Below the pieces are notes generated by a model, which did no database searches, was not told the origin of the DNA, and saw only the letters and a program-made list of their open reading frames with translations. A stretch of 64,000 nt of DNA from an uncultured Planctomycetia bacterium. GTDB taxonomy: Bacteria > Omnitrophota > Gorgyraeia > CAYWPX01. The stretch is taken from NCBI GenBank assembly GCA_964460615.1, contig CAYWPX010000006.1, positions 37,830 through 101,829 on the forward strand, written 5' to 3'. Of the stretch, positions 54,972-64,000 are shown one piece after another. How positions within the stretch are numbered: the stretch's first letter is position 1; each line of letters starts with the position of its first letter. A program made the translations under genes and the position numbers.

Positions 54972-56021
54972 CTACAAAATAAGCATCGCGTCGCCATAAC
55001 TAAAAAGCCTGAATTTATTGGCGATAGCATATTTATACGCTTCCATTATCAACCTATGTCCGCAAAATGCGCTTACCAATAACATCAGTGTTGATTTCGG
55101 AAAATGAAAATTGGTCAAAAGCGCATCTACGACCTTAAACTCATAAGGCGGATAGATAAATATCTCGGTATCGGACTCTTTAGCCTCAACCATACCGGAA
55201 TCGTTTACACATGATTCCAAAACTCTTAGCGATGTCGTTCCTACGGCAAATACTTTATATTTATTAAGCTTTGTCCTGTTTACAATATCAGCGGTTTCTT
55301 TGGATAGCTTAAAATGCTCTTTATGCATTTTATGCTTCCTAAAATCCTCTTCCTCCTTAATCGGAGAAAAAGTTCCAAATCCTACATCAAGAGTTACAAA
55401 ACCAATATTGATTTTCCTGTCGAGGGCTGCCTTAAGAAGGCTTTCGGTAAAATGGAGGCCTGCCGTCGGTGCTGCTGAGGCATTACCAACATTAGCATAT
55501 ACCGTCTGATATCTTGCTTCATCCAGCTCCTCAGCCGGCCTTTTGATATAAGGCGGCAAAGGCACCTCTCCGATGCTTTCGATTATGTCTTCAAGTTTAT
55601 CACTTTCACCAGGCTTAATAAACTTAATTTTTTTAATAGAGCCTGTGTTATCCGTGACTATGCATTTAAGGCCTTTTTTAAAACTTATTTTGCTCCCTAT
55701 TTTAATTCCTCTCGGAGGGCTGATAAGCGCCCCGAATAACTCGCTTTCATATTCTTCAACGATAAGTACCTCCACAACACCGCCCGTCACCTTTTTCCCA
55801 AACAACCGGGATTTCCTAACTCTGGTGTCATTAAGTATAAGCGCGTCATTTGGAGCTATATAGTCCAAAATCCCGGAAAATTTTGTTTCTACAAAATTAT
55901 TCTTTTTCCTATCTACCACCAAAAGCCGGGAATCATCTCTTTTGCCAAGCGGGTATTTGGCTATAAGTTCTCTTGGATAATCAAAATCAAAATCCGAAAG
56001 TTTCATATTTTCTCTAGACAA
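54972..56021 (-). CDS. queA: S-adenosylmethionine:tRNA ribosyltransferase-isomerase
   Basis: MKLSDFDFDYPRELIAKYPLGKRDDSRLLVV... is the canonical QueA N-terminus. Adjacent to tgt. Confidence 0.92.
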   Translation of the reverse strand: MSRENMKLSDFDFDYPRELIAKYPLGKRDDSRLLVVDRKKNNFVETKFSGILDYIAPNDALILNDTRVRKSRLFGKKVTGGVVEVLIVEEYESELFGALISPPRGIKIGSKISFKKGLKCIVTDNTGSIKKIKFIKPGESDKLEDIIESIGEVPLPPYIKRPAEELDEARYQTVYANVGNASAAPTAGLHFTESLLKAALDRKINIGFVTLDVGFGTFSPIKEEEDFRKHKMHKEHFKLSKETADIVNRTKLNKYKVFAVGTTSLRVLESCVNDSGMVEAKESDTEIFIYPPYEFKVVDALLTNFHFPKSTLMLLVSAFCGHRLIMEAYKYAIANKFRLFSYGDAMLIL

Positions 56022-56082
56022 AAAAGACAGATTTTTGATCTGTCTTTTTGCTCTTAATTTGAAATTAATAATTTTCCCTTAA

Positions 56083-56460
56083 TTATTTATCTTTAGCTGT
56101 TATGAATAATTTCTGCTTGCTATCTTTTTTGGTATTTGTAATGTTCTTATTTTTAGTTTTCTGATTTTGTTTTTTAGCTGTTTTAGCCTTTGAACTATTT
56201 TTTTTCTTTGCCGCCAGTTGCTTTTTGTTCTCTTTTTTTAAAGCTTTTTCTCCTGCGATCTGTTTTTTCTTATCAGCAGCTTTTCTTTCTTTTATAATCT
56301 TTTTTTCTAACTCCTTGGCTTTTTTTAAAGTCTTCTTATCTACAGTTGAGCCTTTTTTCTCTGTTGCAGCAGAGCTTTTAATCTCAGCTGCAAACGACGA
56401 AACACCCAAAAAAGAAAATACGAAAATGGTTAAAATTAAAAAAATTGCCGGTTTTTTCAT
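56083..56460 (-). CDS. Secreted lysine-rich low-complexity protein (signal peptide plus ~100 aa with ~40% Lys)
   Basis: Signal peptide MKKPAIFLILTIFVFSFLGVSSFA|AE. The mature part is KK/AK-rich with no recognisable fold. Strong RBS (GGGGGGG) and a palindrome upstream. Confidence 0.5.
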   Translation of the reverse strand: MKKPAIFLILTIFVFSFLGVSSFAAEIKSSAATEKKGSTVDKKTLKKAKELEKKIIKERKAADKKKQIAGEKALKKENKKQLAAKKKNSSKAKTAKKQNQKTKNKNITNTKKDSKQKLFITAKDK

Positions 56461-56470
56461 ATCCCCCCCT

Positions 56471-56548
56471 TAAATTTGCGTGCAAATTTAACCCTGAGGC
56501 GGCGTTAAAATGCGACCCCCTTGTGGAGCATTTTAGCCGACGAAGGGC
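56471..56548. repeat. Conserved 5'-region element family B, copy 2 (upstream of the Lys-rich protein gene)
   Basis: TAAATTTGCgtGCAAATTTA palindrome followed by accctgaggcggcgttaaaatgcgacccccttgtggagcattttagccgacgaag. Confidence 0.7.
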
Positions 56549-56570
56549 TAAATAATTACTACGTGTAAAT

Positions 56571-58274
56571 TTATTCTAAAACTTGCGCAAGCTCTTTTTC
56601 AAAATCAGAAACATTTATAACTCTCTTAATATTCCCTTTTCTGAGCTTGATCTCTATCTTATTTTCTTTGAGATTCTTTTCACCAATAACAATCTGCACA
56701 GGTATACCCATAAGGTCGGCATCTTTAAACTTCATACCGGCCCTAAGCGGCCTATTATCAAAAAGCACATCCTTAGTTAAGCTAAGGGCCTTTTTATAAA
56801 GCGAATCTGCGACCTCTTTTAATGCTGCATCCTCATAATTCAAAGGTAGCATTATTATTTTAAAAGGTGCAATGGGCTGGGGAAAAATCATTCCAAACTC
56901 ATCATGATTCTGTTCTATGCACGAAGCAATAATCCTATTTACGCCTATTCCATAACAACCCATTATCATAGGTTTAACCGCGCCCGATTCATCTAGAAAG
57001 GTGGCCTCAAGGGAGCTCGAATATTTGGTACCGAGTTTAAATATATGTCCTACCTCTATCGAGTGCTCTATTTTTATAGGTTTGGCGCATTTCGGACACA
57101 GATCAGCGCTAGTAATTCCCCTGGCATCAATATATTCACTGACCTTAAAATCCCTGTCTATATTTACATTTATTAAATGGGTATTGTTCTTATTGGCTCC
57201 GGTCACAAAATTGGACATTCCTATCAGAGAATAATCGGCGATTATCCTTACTTCTTTAAGGCCAACGGGCCCGCTAAAACCTACCGGTGAATTGGCGATC
57301 TTTTCTATGGTTTGGCTATCTGCCATAACCAACTCTTTTACTTTAAGATAGTTCTTCAGCTTTGTCTCATTGATCTCATAATCACCCCTGATAAGGACCG
57401 CTACAATATTGCCGTCGGCTTTATAAAAAATCGTCTTAACGAGGCCCGAATCACCGATTTTAAGAAAACTTGTAACATCCTTAACGCTTTTAACATTTGG
57501 AGTGTGGACCTCTAATAAAGATTTTAGCTCAATATCGGCCTTTGGAGAATTATTTTTAAGTATCTCGGCTTTGTCAAAGCTTACAGCATAATTGCATGAG
57601 GTGCAGAGTACTATCAGGTCCTCCCCTATCGGCGAGGGAACCATAAATTCATGCGACACATTCCCGCCCATTATTCCGGTATCCGCTTCTACAGGGATAA
57701 AATTAAGGCCGCATCTTGTAAATATCCTGCAATAGGCGTTATACATTTTTTCATAACTTTTATCCAAACCTTCCCATGAGGTGTCAAAGCTATAAGCATC
57801 CATCATGATAAACTCTTTTGATCTTATAACCCCGAATCTGGGCCTCGGTTCATCGCGGAATTTAGTTTGTATCTGGTAAAATGTTACGGGAAGCTCCTTA
57901 TAGCTTTTTATCTCGTTTTTAGCCAGATCAGTTATGACCTCTTCATGTGTGGGCCCCAGGACCATATCCTTTCCGTGACGGTCTTTAAATGAGATCATAT
58001 CCTCACCCAACACATCAAATCTCCCGGAGCGTTTCCATAGCTCTGCCGGCTGCAATGCCGGGAGTAAAACCTCCTGTGCAAGCGCAGATGACATCTCTTC
58101 CCGAACAATATTTATAACCTTATTTAAGGATCTGAAACCGAGCGGCAAATACGAATAAGCTCCGCTTACAAGCTTTCTGATAAAACCTGCCCTAAGCATG
58201 AGTATATGGCTACTAACCTCTGCCTCTGAGGGCGTCTCCTTAAGTGTCGGAATAATAATATCGCTATATAACAT
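56571..58274 (-). CDS. proS: Prolyl-tRNA synthetase (bacterial type with INS editing domain)
   Basis: 567 aa. Class II aaRS motifs, HILMLRAGFIRK N-terminal region, C-terminal anticodon-binding domain. Confidence 0.93.
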   Translation of the reverse strand: MLYSDIIIPTLKETPSEAEVSSHILMLRAGFIRKLVSGAYSYLPLGFRSLNKVINIVREEMSSALAQEVLLPALQPAELWKRSGRFDVLGEDMISFKDRHGKDMVLGPTHEEVITDLAKNEIKSYKELPVTFYQIQTKFRDEPRPRFGVIRSKEFIMMDAYSFDTSWEGLDKSYEKMYNAYCRIFTRCGLNFIPVEADTGIMGGNVSHEFMVPSPIGEDLIVLCTSCNYAVSFDKAEILKNNSPKADIELKSLLEVHTPNVKSVKDVTSFLKIGDSGLVKTIFYKADGNIVAVLIRGDYEINETKLKNYLKVKELVMADSQTIEKIANSPVGFSGPVGLKEVRIIADYSLIGMSNFVTGANKNNTHLINVNIDRDFKVSEYIDARGITSADLCPKCAKPIKIEHSIEVGHIFKLGTKYSSSLEATFLDESGAVKPMIMGCYGIGVNRIIASCIEQNHDEFGMIFPQPIAPFKIIMLPLNYEDAALKEVADSLYKKALSLTKDVLFDNRPLRAGMKFKDADLMGIPVQIVIGEKNLKENKIEIKLRKGNIKRVINVSDFEKELAQVLE

Positions 58275-59344
58275 TATAAATTCTCCAGTTCCTTAAATAG
58301 TGAATTAACAAATTCATTTTCTTTGACAACTTTTATCTGTTTCCCTTTTTTGAAAATTACTCCCTTGCCGATCCCGGCCGCAATACCTAAATCCGCCTCT
58401 TTCGCTTCACCCGGGCCATTTACGACACATCCCATAATGGCAATCTTAATATTCAACTTATTAAATTTAGAATTATTTTTCAGCTTATTATTGAACTCAT
58501 TAACGATCTTTACGAGATTTACCTTTGTTCGCCCGCATGTGGGACATGACAAGATCTCGGGACCAAAATTTCTAAGTTTAAGGGCTTTTAATATGGACTT
58601 TGCAGTGTATACCTCGTCAATTGACGGACCAGTAAGAGATACCCTTATTGTATCCCCAATACCATCGGCTAAAAGAGCGCCGATACCAACTGAAGATTTT
58701 ATTACCCCCTCTTCTTTCGGGCCGGAAGCAGTAATGCCTAGATGTAAGGGGTAATCGGTAAACTTGCTGACTTTTCTATAGGCATCAATTGTACCTAAAA
58801 CATCCGAAGATTTGCTTGATAGTATTATATCATAAAACCCCAGAGACTCAAAAATTGCCAGATATCCTTTAAGGCTTTTCACAAAGCTTTCAGTCTCATC
58901 ATGCCTTCTAGAAAGACTTCTATCGACAGAACCAGAATTTACGCCTATGCGGATCGGAATAGATCTTTTTTTGGCTAATTTAATGATCTTCCCTAAACTA
59001 GCCTTATCTTTAATGTTCCCGGGATTAAGCCTTATCTTGTCAGCGCCGTTTTCTATGGCCATGATTGCCAATTCCGGGCTAAAATGTATATCGGCAACAA
59101 GCGGGATTTTGATCCCCTTTTTAATATTTTTTATTGCTCGCGCGGCATCTTGGTCCTTAACCGCTACTCTAATAATCTCGCAACCACTAGCTTCAAGAAG
59201 CTTTACCTCTTTAACAACGCTTTTTATGTCAACGGTATCGGATTTGGCCATAGACTGAATAACTATCGGATTATTCCCGCCGATCTTTACATCGCCAACC
59301 CTTACAACCCTTGTTTCATGTCTAACTATAATATTTCTTACCAT
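58274..59344 (-). CDS. ispG: 4-hydroxy-3-methylbut-2-enyl diphosphate synthase
   Basis: GcpE family, TRVVRVGDVKIGGNNPIVIQSM start, C-terminal [4Fe-4S] cysteines (CPTCGR...GCVVNGPGE). Confidence 0.92.
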   Translation of the reverse strand: MVRNIIVRHETRVVRVGDVKIGGNNPIVIQSMAKSDTVDIKSVVKEVKLLEASGCEIIRVAVKDQDAARAIKNIKKGIKIPLVADIHFSPELAIMAIENGADKIRLNPGNIKDKASLGKIIKLAKKRSIPIRIGVNSGSVDRSLSRRHDETESFVKSLKGYLAIFESLGFYDIILSSKSSDVLGTIDAYRKVSKFTDYPLHLGITASGPKEEGVIKSSVGIGALLADGIGDTIRVSLTGPSIDEVYTAKSILKALKLRNFGPEILSCPTCGRTKVNLVKIVNEFNNKLKNNSKFNKLNIKIAIMGCVVNGPGEAKEADLGIAAGIGKGVIFKKGKQIKVVKENEFVNSLFKELENL

Positions 59345-60411
59345 AATTTATTAGTAAAGATCCTTATTATGTCATTCCAGGTGACAAAAAGAACAAAACC
59401 GATTATCAACGCCCACGAAGCATTTATGATAAATTCGTAAGCCTTTTTGCTCATAGGTTTTCTTCTTAATTTTTCTATACCCAAAAATAATACCTGTCCT
59501 CCGTCTAAAATCGGGAATGGCAGAAGGTTAAATACCGCTATAGCTAAATTTATATTTGCCATTATTATCATGAGATAAACAAAACCAAGGTCTGCTGCTT
59601 TTTTTGTAATAACAAAAATCCCCACAGGTCCGGCCACGGATTCTTTAACCGGGATCCCGCCTGTAAATAGATACCAGATCCCCTTATATGTAATTACGGT
59701 CAGCTTAATCAAACGCTCATAACCGTAGTAAAACGACTCAAAAAAACCATATTTCAATTTAACAAGCTCATCTTTAGGGCCGATGCCGATCTTTCCAAGC
59801 CTAAGGGTCTTGCCGAAAATGTTCTTTCCCTCTGAGATCTTCGGAATAATATTTACGGTTACCTGGTTTCCGCCTCTATCTATTAATAAATTTATCGGCT
59901 TTCCGGTATTGGCATTCTGTATAGATTCGACCATGTCCTCCCAGAATCTTACGCTTTTACCGTCGACAGTTAGAATTTTATCATTTTCTTTAATAAGCCC
60001 TGACTCTTTTGCAGGCATCTTGTCCACCATTGTGCCAACAGTAGTTCCCATGCCTGGATACCCTATCATGAATACTGCCGAAAAAAGCACGAATGCCAAA
60101 ACATAGTTTAGGAATGCCCCTGAAACAAGTACCAAAAATCTCTGCCACGGCTTTTTGGACATAAATTCGCCGGGGTCTTTTGCCTTGGCATCCGCAGAAT
60201 CCTCCCCGAGCATCTTAACATACCCGCCCAAAGGTATCGCAGAAATAACATATTCGGTCCCCCCGAATTTTCTGGAGATTAATTTAGGGCCCATACCTAA
60301 AGAAAATGTCTCTACAGTCACACCCATAAGCTTTGCCACTATAAAATGCCCGAACTCATGCACCAAAATCAGAATCCCAAAAGAAATTACTACCAATAAA
60401 ATCGATATCAT
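59338..60411 (-). CDS. rseP: RIP site-2 metalloprotease RseP
   Basis: HEFGHFIVAK (HExxH) in TM1, a PDZ domain, and the C-terminal LDG motif (NLLPFPILDGG). Confidence 0.85.
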   Translation of the reverse strand: MISILLVVISFGILILVHEFGHFIVAKLMGVTVETFSLGMGPKLISRKFGGTEYVISAIPLGGYVKMLGEDSADAKAKDPGEFMSKKPWQRFLVLVSGAFLNYVLAFVLFSAVFMIGYPGMGTTVGTMVDKMPAKESGLIKENDKILTVDGKSVRFWEDMVESIQNANTGKPINLLIDRGGNQVTVNIIPKISEGKNIFGKTLRLGKIGIGPKDELVKLKYGFFESFYYGYERLIKLTVITYKGIWYLFTGGIPVKESVAGPVGIFVITKKAADLGFVYLMIIMANINLAIAVFNLLPFPILDGGQVLFLGIEKLRRKPMSKKAYEFIINASWALIIGFVLFVTWNDIIRIFTNKLW

Positions 60412-60431
60412 TTAAAAAAAGCTCCTTTTCA

Positions 60432-61586
60432 TTATAGCTTAAGCTTACGGCTTAAAACCGATTCAGCTTCAACTCTCGCCCATTTATCTGCCCACAAAAT
60501 CTCGCTAAGCGTCGGGTTTGACTTATTTTTCGCCTTAGACAAAACTCTTTCTATTATTTTAGGTATATCATAAAAAGCAATCCTACCGTCAAGAAACGCC
60601 CTGACAGCCACTTCGTCAGAAGCACACATAATGGCGGGCATTAAACCCCCGCTTTTACCGGCTTTGTAAGCAATTCCTAAGGAGGGGAATTTTTTTGTAT
60701 CGGGCTTTTCAAAATTCAAGTTTTTTACTTTATTAAAATCCAGCTTCGGGGATCCTGATATAAATCTCTCCGGATAACTCATTGCGTATAAAATAGGTAT
60801 CCTCATATCCGGACACGATAACTGCGCAAGCACAGTTCCGTCTACAAACTCAACCATAGAATGGATTATCGCCTCAGGATGGATAAGAACCTCTATTTTA
60901 TCTAACGTAACGTCAAAAAGAACGGCGGCCTCCAAAACCTCAAAACCCTTATTCATCAGCGTTGCAGAATCAATAGTGATCTTTGACCCCATCTTCCAGC
61001 GCGGGTGGTTAAGAGCATCTTTGGAAGTGACTTTGCTTAATCTGGATTTTGAAAAATTCCTGAATGGCCCGCCGGTACCCGTTAGATAGATCTTTTTTAA
61101 AGAACTCTTATTTTCCTTATTTAAGCACTGGAAAATTGCGCTCTGTTCGCTGTCAACCGGTATCAGGGATGTCCGATGCTCCTTAAGGGCCTCTTTTACC
61201 AGCCCTGAGGCGCTCACCAAAGACTCCTTATTGGCCGTTACAATCTTTTTATTAGATTCAATAGCACTGATCAAAGGCTCAATGGCGGCATTGCCGCTTA
61301 TTCCTATAACTACAATATCTATCTCTTTATTTTTTACCAATTCTGATATACCTTTGATACCAAAATAGATTTCACTATTTATATTTTTTAATTCTTTGGA
61401 ACATTCAAACTCTTCTCCCAGGCCTATGAATTTTGGCTTATAAAGAAGGGCCTGTGATTTAAGAAGCTTTAAATTGGAATTTGCAGTAAGCGCTACTGCC
61501 TTAAATTCCTTTTTATGCTCATCGATGACTTTAAGGGTGTTTAACCCTATAGAACCCGTAGAACCTAATATAGCGACATTTTTCAT
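60432..61586 (-). CDS. dxr: 1-deoxy-D-xylulose 5-phosphate reductoisomerase
   Basis: VAILGSTGSIGLNTLKV NADPH-binding start and conserved DXR catalytic region. Confidence 0.92.
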   Translation of the reverse strand: MKNVAILGSTGSIGLNTLKVIDEHKKEFKAVALTANSNLKLLKSQALLYKPKFIGLGEEFECSKELKNINSEIYFGIKGISELVKNKEIDIVVIGISGNAAIEPLISAIESNKKIVTANKESLVSASGLVKEALKEHRTSLIPVDSEQSAIFQCLNKENKSSLKKIYLTGTGGPFRNFSKSRLSKVTSKDALNHPRWKMGSKITIDSATLMNKGFEVLEAAVLFDVTLDKIEVLIHPEAIIHSMVEFVDGTVLAQLSCPDMRIPILYAMSYPERFISGSPKLDFNKVKNLNFEKPDTKKFPSLGIAYKAGKSGGLMPAIMCASDEVAVRAFLDGRIAFYDIPKIIERVLSKAKNKSNPTLSEILWADKWARVEAESVLSRKLKL

Positions 61587-61594
61587 AATATTCT

Positions 61595-62440
61595 TTAAGA
61601 CCTGAAATAAAAAATCACTAAATAAAAATAAAATATCGGGATAGTGAATAACAGGCTATCGGCAACATCAAGTATACCGCCTAAGCCGGGGAAGATCGCG
61701 CTGGAATCCTTTACCTGGCAACCCCTTTTTATCAGGGATTCGCTCAAATCGCCTAGCTGGCCTATTCCCCCTATTAAAAGACCCAAAACAAATAAATGCC
61801 ATGAATTTATTCCGGGAAGACAAAAACTGCTTATTAAAGCAGTGATAATGCTGAACAAAATCCCACCAAAAGTCCCTTCGATGGATTTTTTAGGACTGAT
61901 ATGTTTTATAAGACTGTGTTTACCGAAAAAAGAACCTATGAAATAGGCCCCAACATCCCCCATCTTCGTGACAAAAAGGATAAACAGGACCAGAGATCTT
62001 CCATTCTCAAAATACATGATATTAATAAGAAATGACGGGAACCAGCTTATGTACAGTATCCCAAATACCGTTATAGCGATCCTGGTAAGCGCCTCTTGGT
62101 TATCTTTGCGTTCAAATTGCAAAATAAAGATAAATAGCGCAACAATAACAATAAGAAATGGCTCAAGATTGCTGGCTATCTTGTTCATCTCAAGAAAAAT
62201 CGTAGTGAATATAGGCACAATAACCCCGAACACTGTCCCAAAATACCTATACACCTTAATATTAGTCAACTCAACCAGGTTAAAAAATTCCAATAATCCC
62301 AAGCCCACCATTATGGTTATAAATAAAGCAAATACCCATTTTGGCAAAAAGAACACTATGCCTAAGATAATCCCTATTATAAGGCTTGAGCTTATCAGGC
62401 GTTTAACGAGGTTACTATTTATCTCTATTTTATCCACCAA
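61595..62440 (-). CDS. cdsA: Phosphatidate cytidylyltransferase
   Basis: Polytopic protein with the C-terminal CTP-transferase signature (SLIKRGCQVKDSSAIFPGLGGILD). uppS-cdsA-dxr-rseP synteny. Confidence 0.85.
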   Translation of the reverse strand: MVDKIEINSNLVKRLISSSLIIGIILGIVFFLPKWVFALFITIMVGLGLLEFFNLVELTNIKVYRYFGTVFGVIVPIFTTIFLEMNKIASNLEPFLIVIVALFIFILQFERKDNQEALTRIAITVFGILYISWFPSFLINIMYFENGRSLVLFILFVTKMGDVGAYFIGSFFGKHSLIKHISPKKSIEGTFGGILFSIITALISSFCLPGINSWHLFVLGLLIGGIGQLGDLSESLIKRGCQVKDSSAIFPGLGGILDVADSLLFTIPIFYFYLVIFYFRS

Positions 62441-63140
62441 ATCTCCTTGATCTATTCAAATACTCCTCTATAGCTAAAGATAAGTCTTCTTTTGTAAAAT
62501 CAGGCCATAATTTAGCGGTAACATAAATTTCGGAATAAGACGATTGCCATAAAAGAAAATTGCTTAAGCGCATTTCACCGCTTGTTCGTATGATAATATC
62601 CGGATCGGGAATGTCTTTTGTATAAAGTTTTGAAGAAAAATATTTCTCATCAATAAAGTCCGGGTCCACCTTGCCCGCTACAACATCCTTTGAAATATTT
62701 TTAGCGGCATCGACTATTTCGTTTCTCGATCCATAGTTAATGGCCAAATTAAGGACAAGCTTATCACCGCCTGAAGTCTTTTCTGAGAGATTCTTTATTC
62801 CATTTTGGATATCGTTCGATAGGTCGCTCAATCTTCCGATAGCCATAAACTTTATGCCGTTTTTAACAAGTTCTTTTTCTTCTTTTTTAAGATAATCTCT
62901 CAATAAATTCATAAGCCCGTCGACTTCTTCTTTCGGCCGCTTCCAGTTTTCGCTTGAGAAAGCGTAGAGAGTCAGGTATTTTACGCCTTTATCAATACAG
63001 GCATTCGAAACAGCTCTGATAACTTCTGCCCCTTTAGAGTGGCCCATTATTTTTGGCAAATGACGGTTCGCTGCCCATCTGCCATTCCCATCCATAATAA
63101 TAGCGACATGCTTAGGTATTTTGAGATTATCAGACATCAA
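62430..63140 (-). CDS. uppS: Undecaprenyl diphosphate synthase
   Basis: HVAIIMDGNGRWA and the downstream cis-IPPS motifs (LTLYAFSSENWKRP). Confidence 0.92.
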   Translation of the reverse strand: MMSDNLKIPKHVAIIMDGNGRWAANRHLPKIMGHSKGAEVIRAVSNACIDKGVKYLTLYAFSSENWKRPKEEVDGLMNLLRDYLKKEEKELVKNGIKFMAIGRLSDLSNDIQNGIKNLSEKTSGGDKLVLNLAINYGSRNEIVDAAKNISKDVVAGKVDPDFIDEKYFSSKLYTKDIPDPDIIIRTSGEMRLSNFLLWQSSYSEIYVTAKLWPDFTKEDLSLAIEEYLNRSRRFGG

Positions 63141-63156
63141 TTTTCCTTAAGTTAAA

Positions 63157-63203
63157 AGAGGTTTGGAAGAGTAACATCTCCAAACCTCTCTTTAATTTTT
63201 TTA
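63157..63203. terminator. Stem-loop between uppS and the OmpA-like gene (probable terminator for the OmpA-like gene)
   Basis: GAGGTTTGGA...TCCAAACCTC 10-bp stem 40 nt downstream of the minus-strand stop. A T-run sits on the + side, and the minus side is only partially U-rich. Confidence 0.45.
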
Positions 63204-63231
63204 ACAATAAACCAAAATTAAAAAATAAAGT

Positions 63232-63954
63232 TTATTTAATCTGTTCCTCTTCTTCCGCTTTTTTTGATTCCATGGCCTTTATTTCGCGCTCAGCCCTTTT
63301 CATGTCTTCCTCAAATTGCACCTTCGGGATCTCTTTTGGGAGAATAACTATCTCAACGCGCCTGTTTTTTTGGCGGCCTTCAGGTGTATCATTGGTAGTA
63401 ACGGGCCTGTATTCGCCGTATCCTATAGCAGCCAAATGGCTCGGATTCAGCTTGCCATCCTCGATAAGATAATGGAGGACGCTTGTTGCGCGTGCAGTTG
63501 AAAGTTCCCAGTTTGATTTCCAACCAGAACGCTTAATCGGAACATTATCCGTATATCCTTCCACACCTATGTCTCTATCCGACACCTTCTCTTTGACTAC
63601 TTTAGCAACCTTATTAAGAGCCTCATATGCCTCTGGCCTAATCTGGGCTTTTCCTGAATCAAAAAGGATTTCGCTTACGAATGTTATTACTAATCCTCTT
63701 TCTGCGAGTTCCAGTTTAATCTGGTCTTCATCGATCTCTTTTTTCAAACGCTCTTCAAGCAAAGCCTTAGCATCTTCGAGCTCTTTCTTTTCTTTGCTTC
63801 TTAAGTCATTAAGCCTCTCTACTTCGCTCGTAAGATTCCCTATCTTTTCATTATCACCTGGCCTGCCTCTGTAAAATTTCACCGTGCATCCTGAAATAAA
63901 AAGAAGCTCGAAAATAAAAAGAATAGCCAAACTGAACGCCCAGAACCTTTTCAT
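63232..63954 (-). CDS. OmpA-family lipoprotein (lipobox, coiled coil, OmpA-like peptidoglycan-binding domain)
   Basis: Lipobox LFISGC. OmpA_C-like region GYTDNVPI...STARATSV...NRRVEIV. Charged coiled-coil tail. Confidence 0.7.
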   Translation of the reverse strand: MKRFWAFSLAILFIFELLFISGCTVKFYRGRPGDNEKIGNLTSEVERLNDLRSKEKKELEDAKALLEERLKKEIDEDQIKLELAERGLVITFVSEILFDSGKAQIRPEAYEALNKVAKVVKEKVSDRDIGVEGYTDNVPIKRSGWKSNWELSTARATSVLHYLIEDGKLNPSHLAAIGYGEYRPVTTNDTPEGRQKNRRVEIVILPKEIPKVQFEEDMKRAEREIKAMESKKAEEEEQIK

Positions 63955-64000
63955 TTTAACCCTCCGATTTTTCTATAGAAAAATCATCCTAGTGAAGAGC

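Overview
This is a low-GC, gene-dense (about 90% coding) bacterial chromosomal window in which all predicted genes but one (rpmB) lie on the minus strand. The encoded functions suggest an anaerobic, fermentative diderm: a Bcd/EtfAB module with ferredoxin-fused EtfA, Pta/AckA, SecDF, an OmpA-like lipoprotein and a secretin. Compact operons resemble uncultivated lineages such as Omnitrophota or Elusimicrobiota, but that taxonomic guess is inference only.

Gene order from start to end:
1. 5'-truncated GAF-GGDEF diguanylate cyclase
2. smc
3. etfA (ferredoxin-fused), etfB and an acyl-CoA dehydrogenase
4. A 534-nt non-coding gap
5. A complete type II secretion / type IV pilus-like operon (gspE-F-G-H-I-J-K, fused PilM/N = GspL, GspM, mini-MerR, ExeA/MshM-like ATPase, GspC/PilP-like protein, secretin)
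6. fabF-acpP-fabG
7. A split RpfG-like c-di-GMP module (REC + GAF-HD-GYP), fabZ and a small HTH protein
8. A ~13-kb envelope glycosylation/methylation island (TMTC-like GT-C with TPR repeats, B12-radical SAM, three SAM methyltransferases, GT4, AsnB-like amidotransferase, GT2 polyprenyl-phosphate sugar synthase, ArnT/PMT-like GT-C, large polytopic membrane protein)
9. fabD-fabH-plsX-rpmF, ackA-pta, coaD, rsmD, recG, rpmB (+ strand), an alpha/beta hydrolase, recJ, secDF, yajC, tgt, queA, a lysine-rich secreted protein
10. proS-ispG-rseP-dxr-cdsA-uppS and an OmpA-family lipoprotein

The most unusual protein is the secretin, which carries a C-terminal TonB-like module: a Pro/Lys/Val-rich rod followed by a TonB_C-like domain. 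Non-coding structure includes a palindromic intergenic repeat family (CCTGCCTGCCGGCAGGCAGG core, 3-4 copies), a second conserved 5'-region element (2 copies), GTACTGT heptamer arrays at two gene 3' ends, a nested three-half-site palindrome at the mini-MerR start, and tandem 13-mers upstream of the HTH gene. No rRNA, tRNA, CRISPR or obvious mobile element was found.
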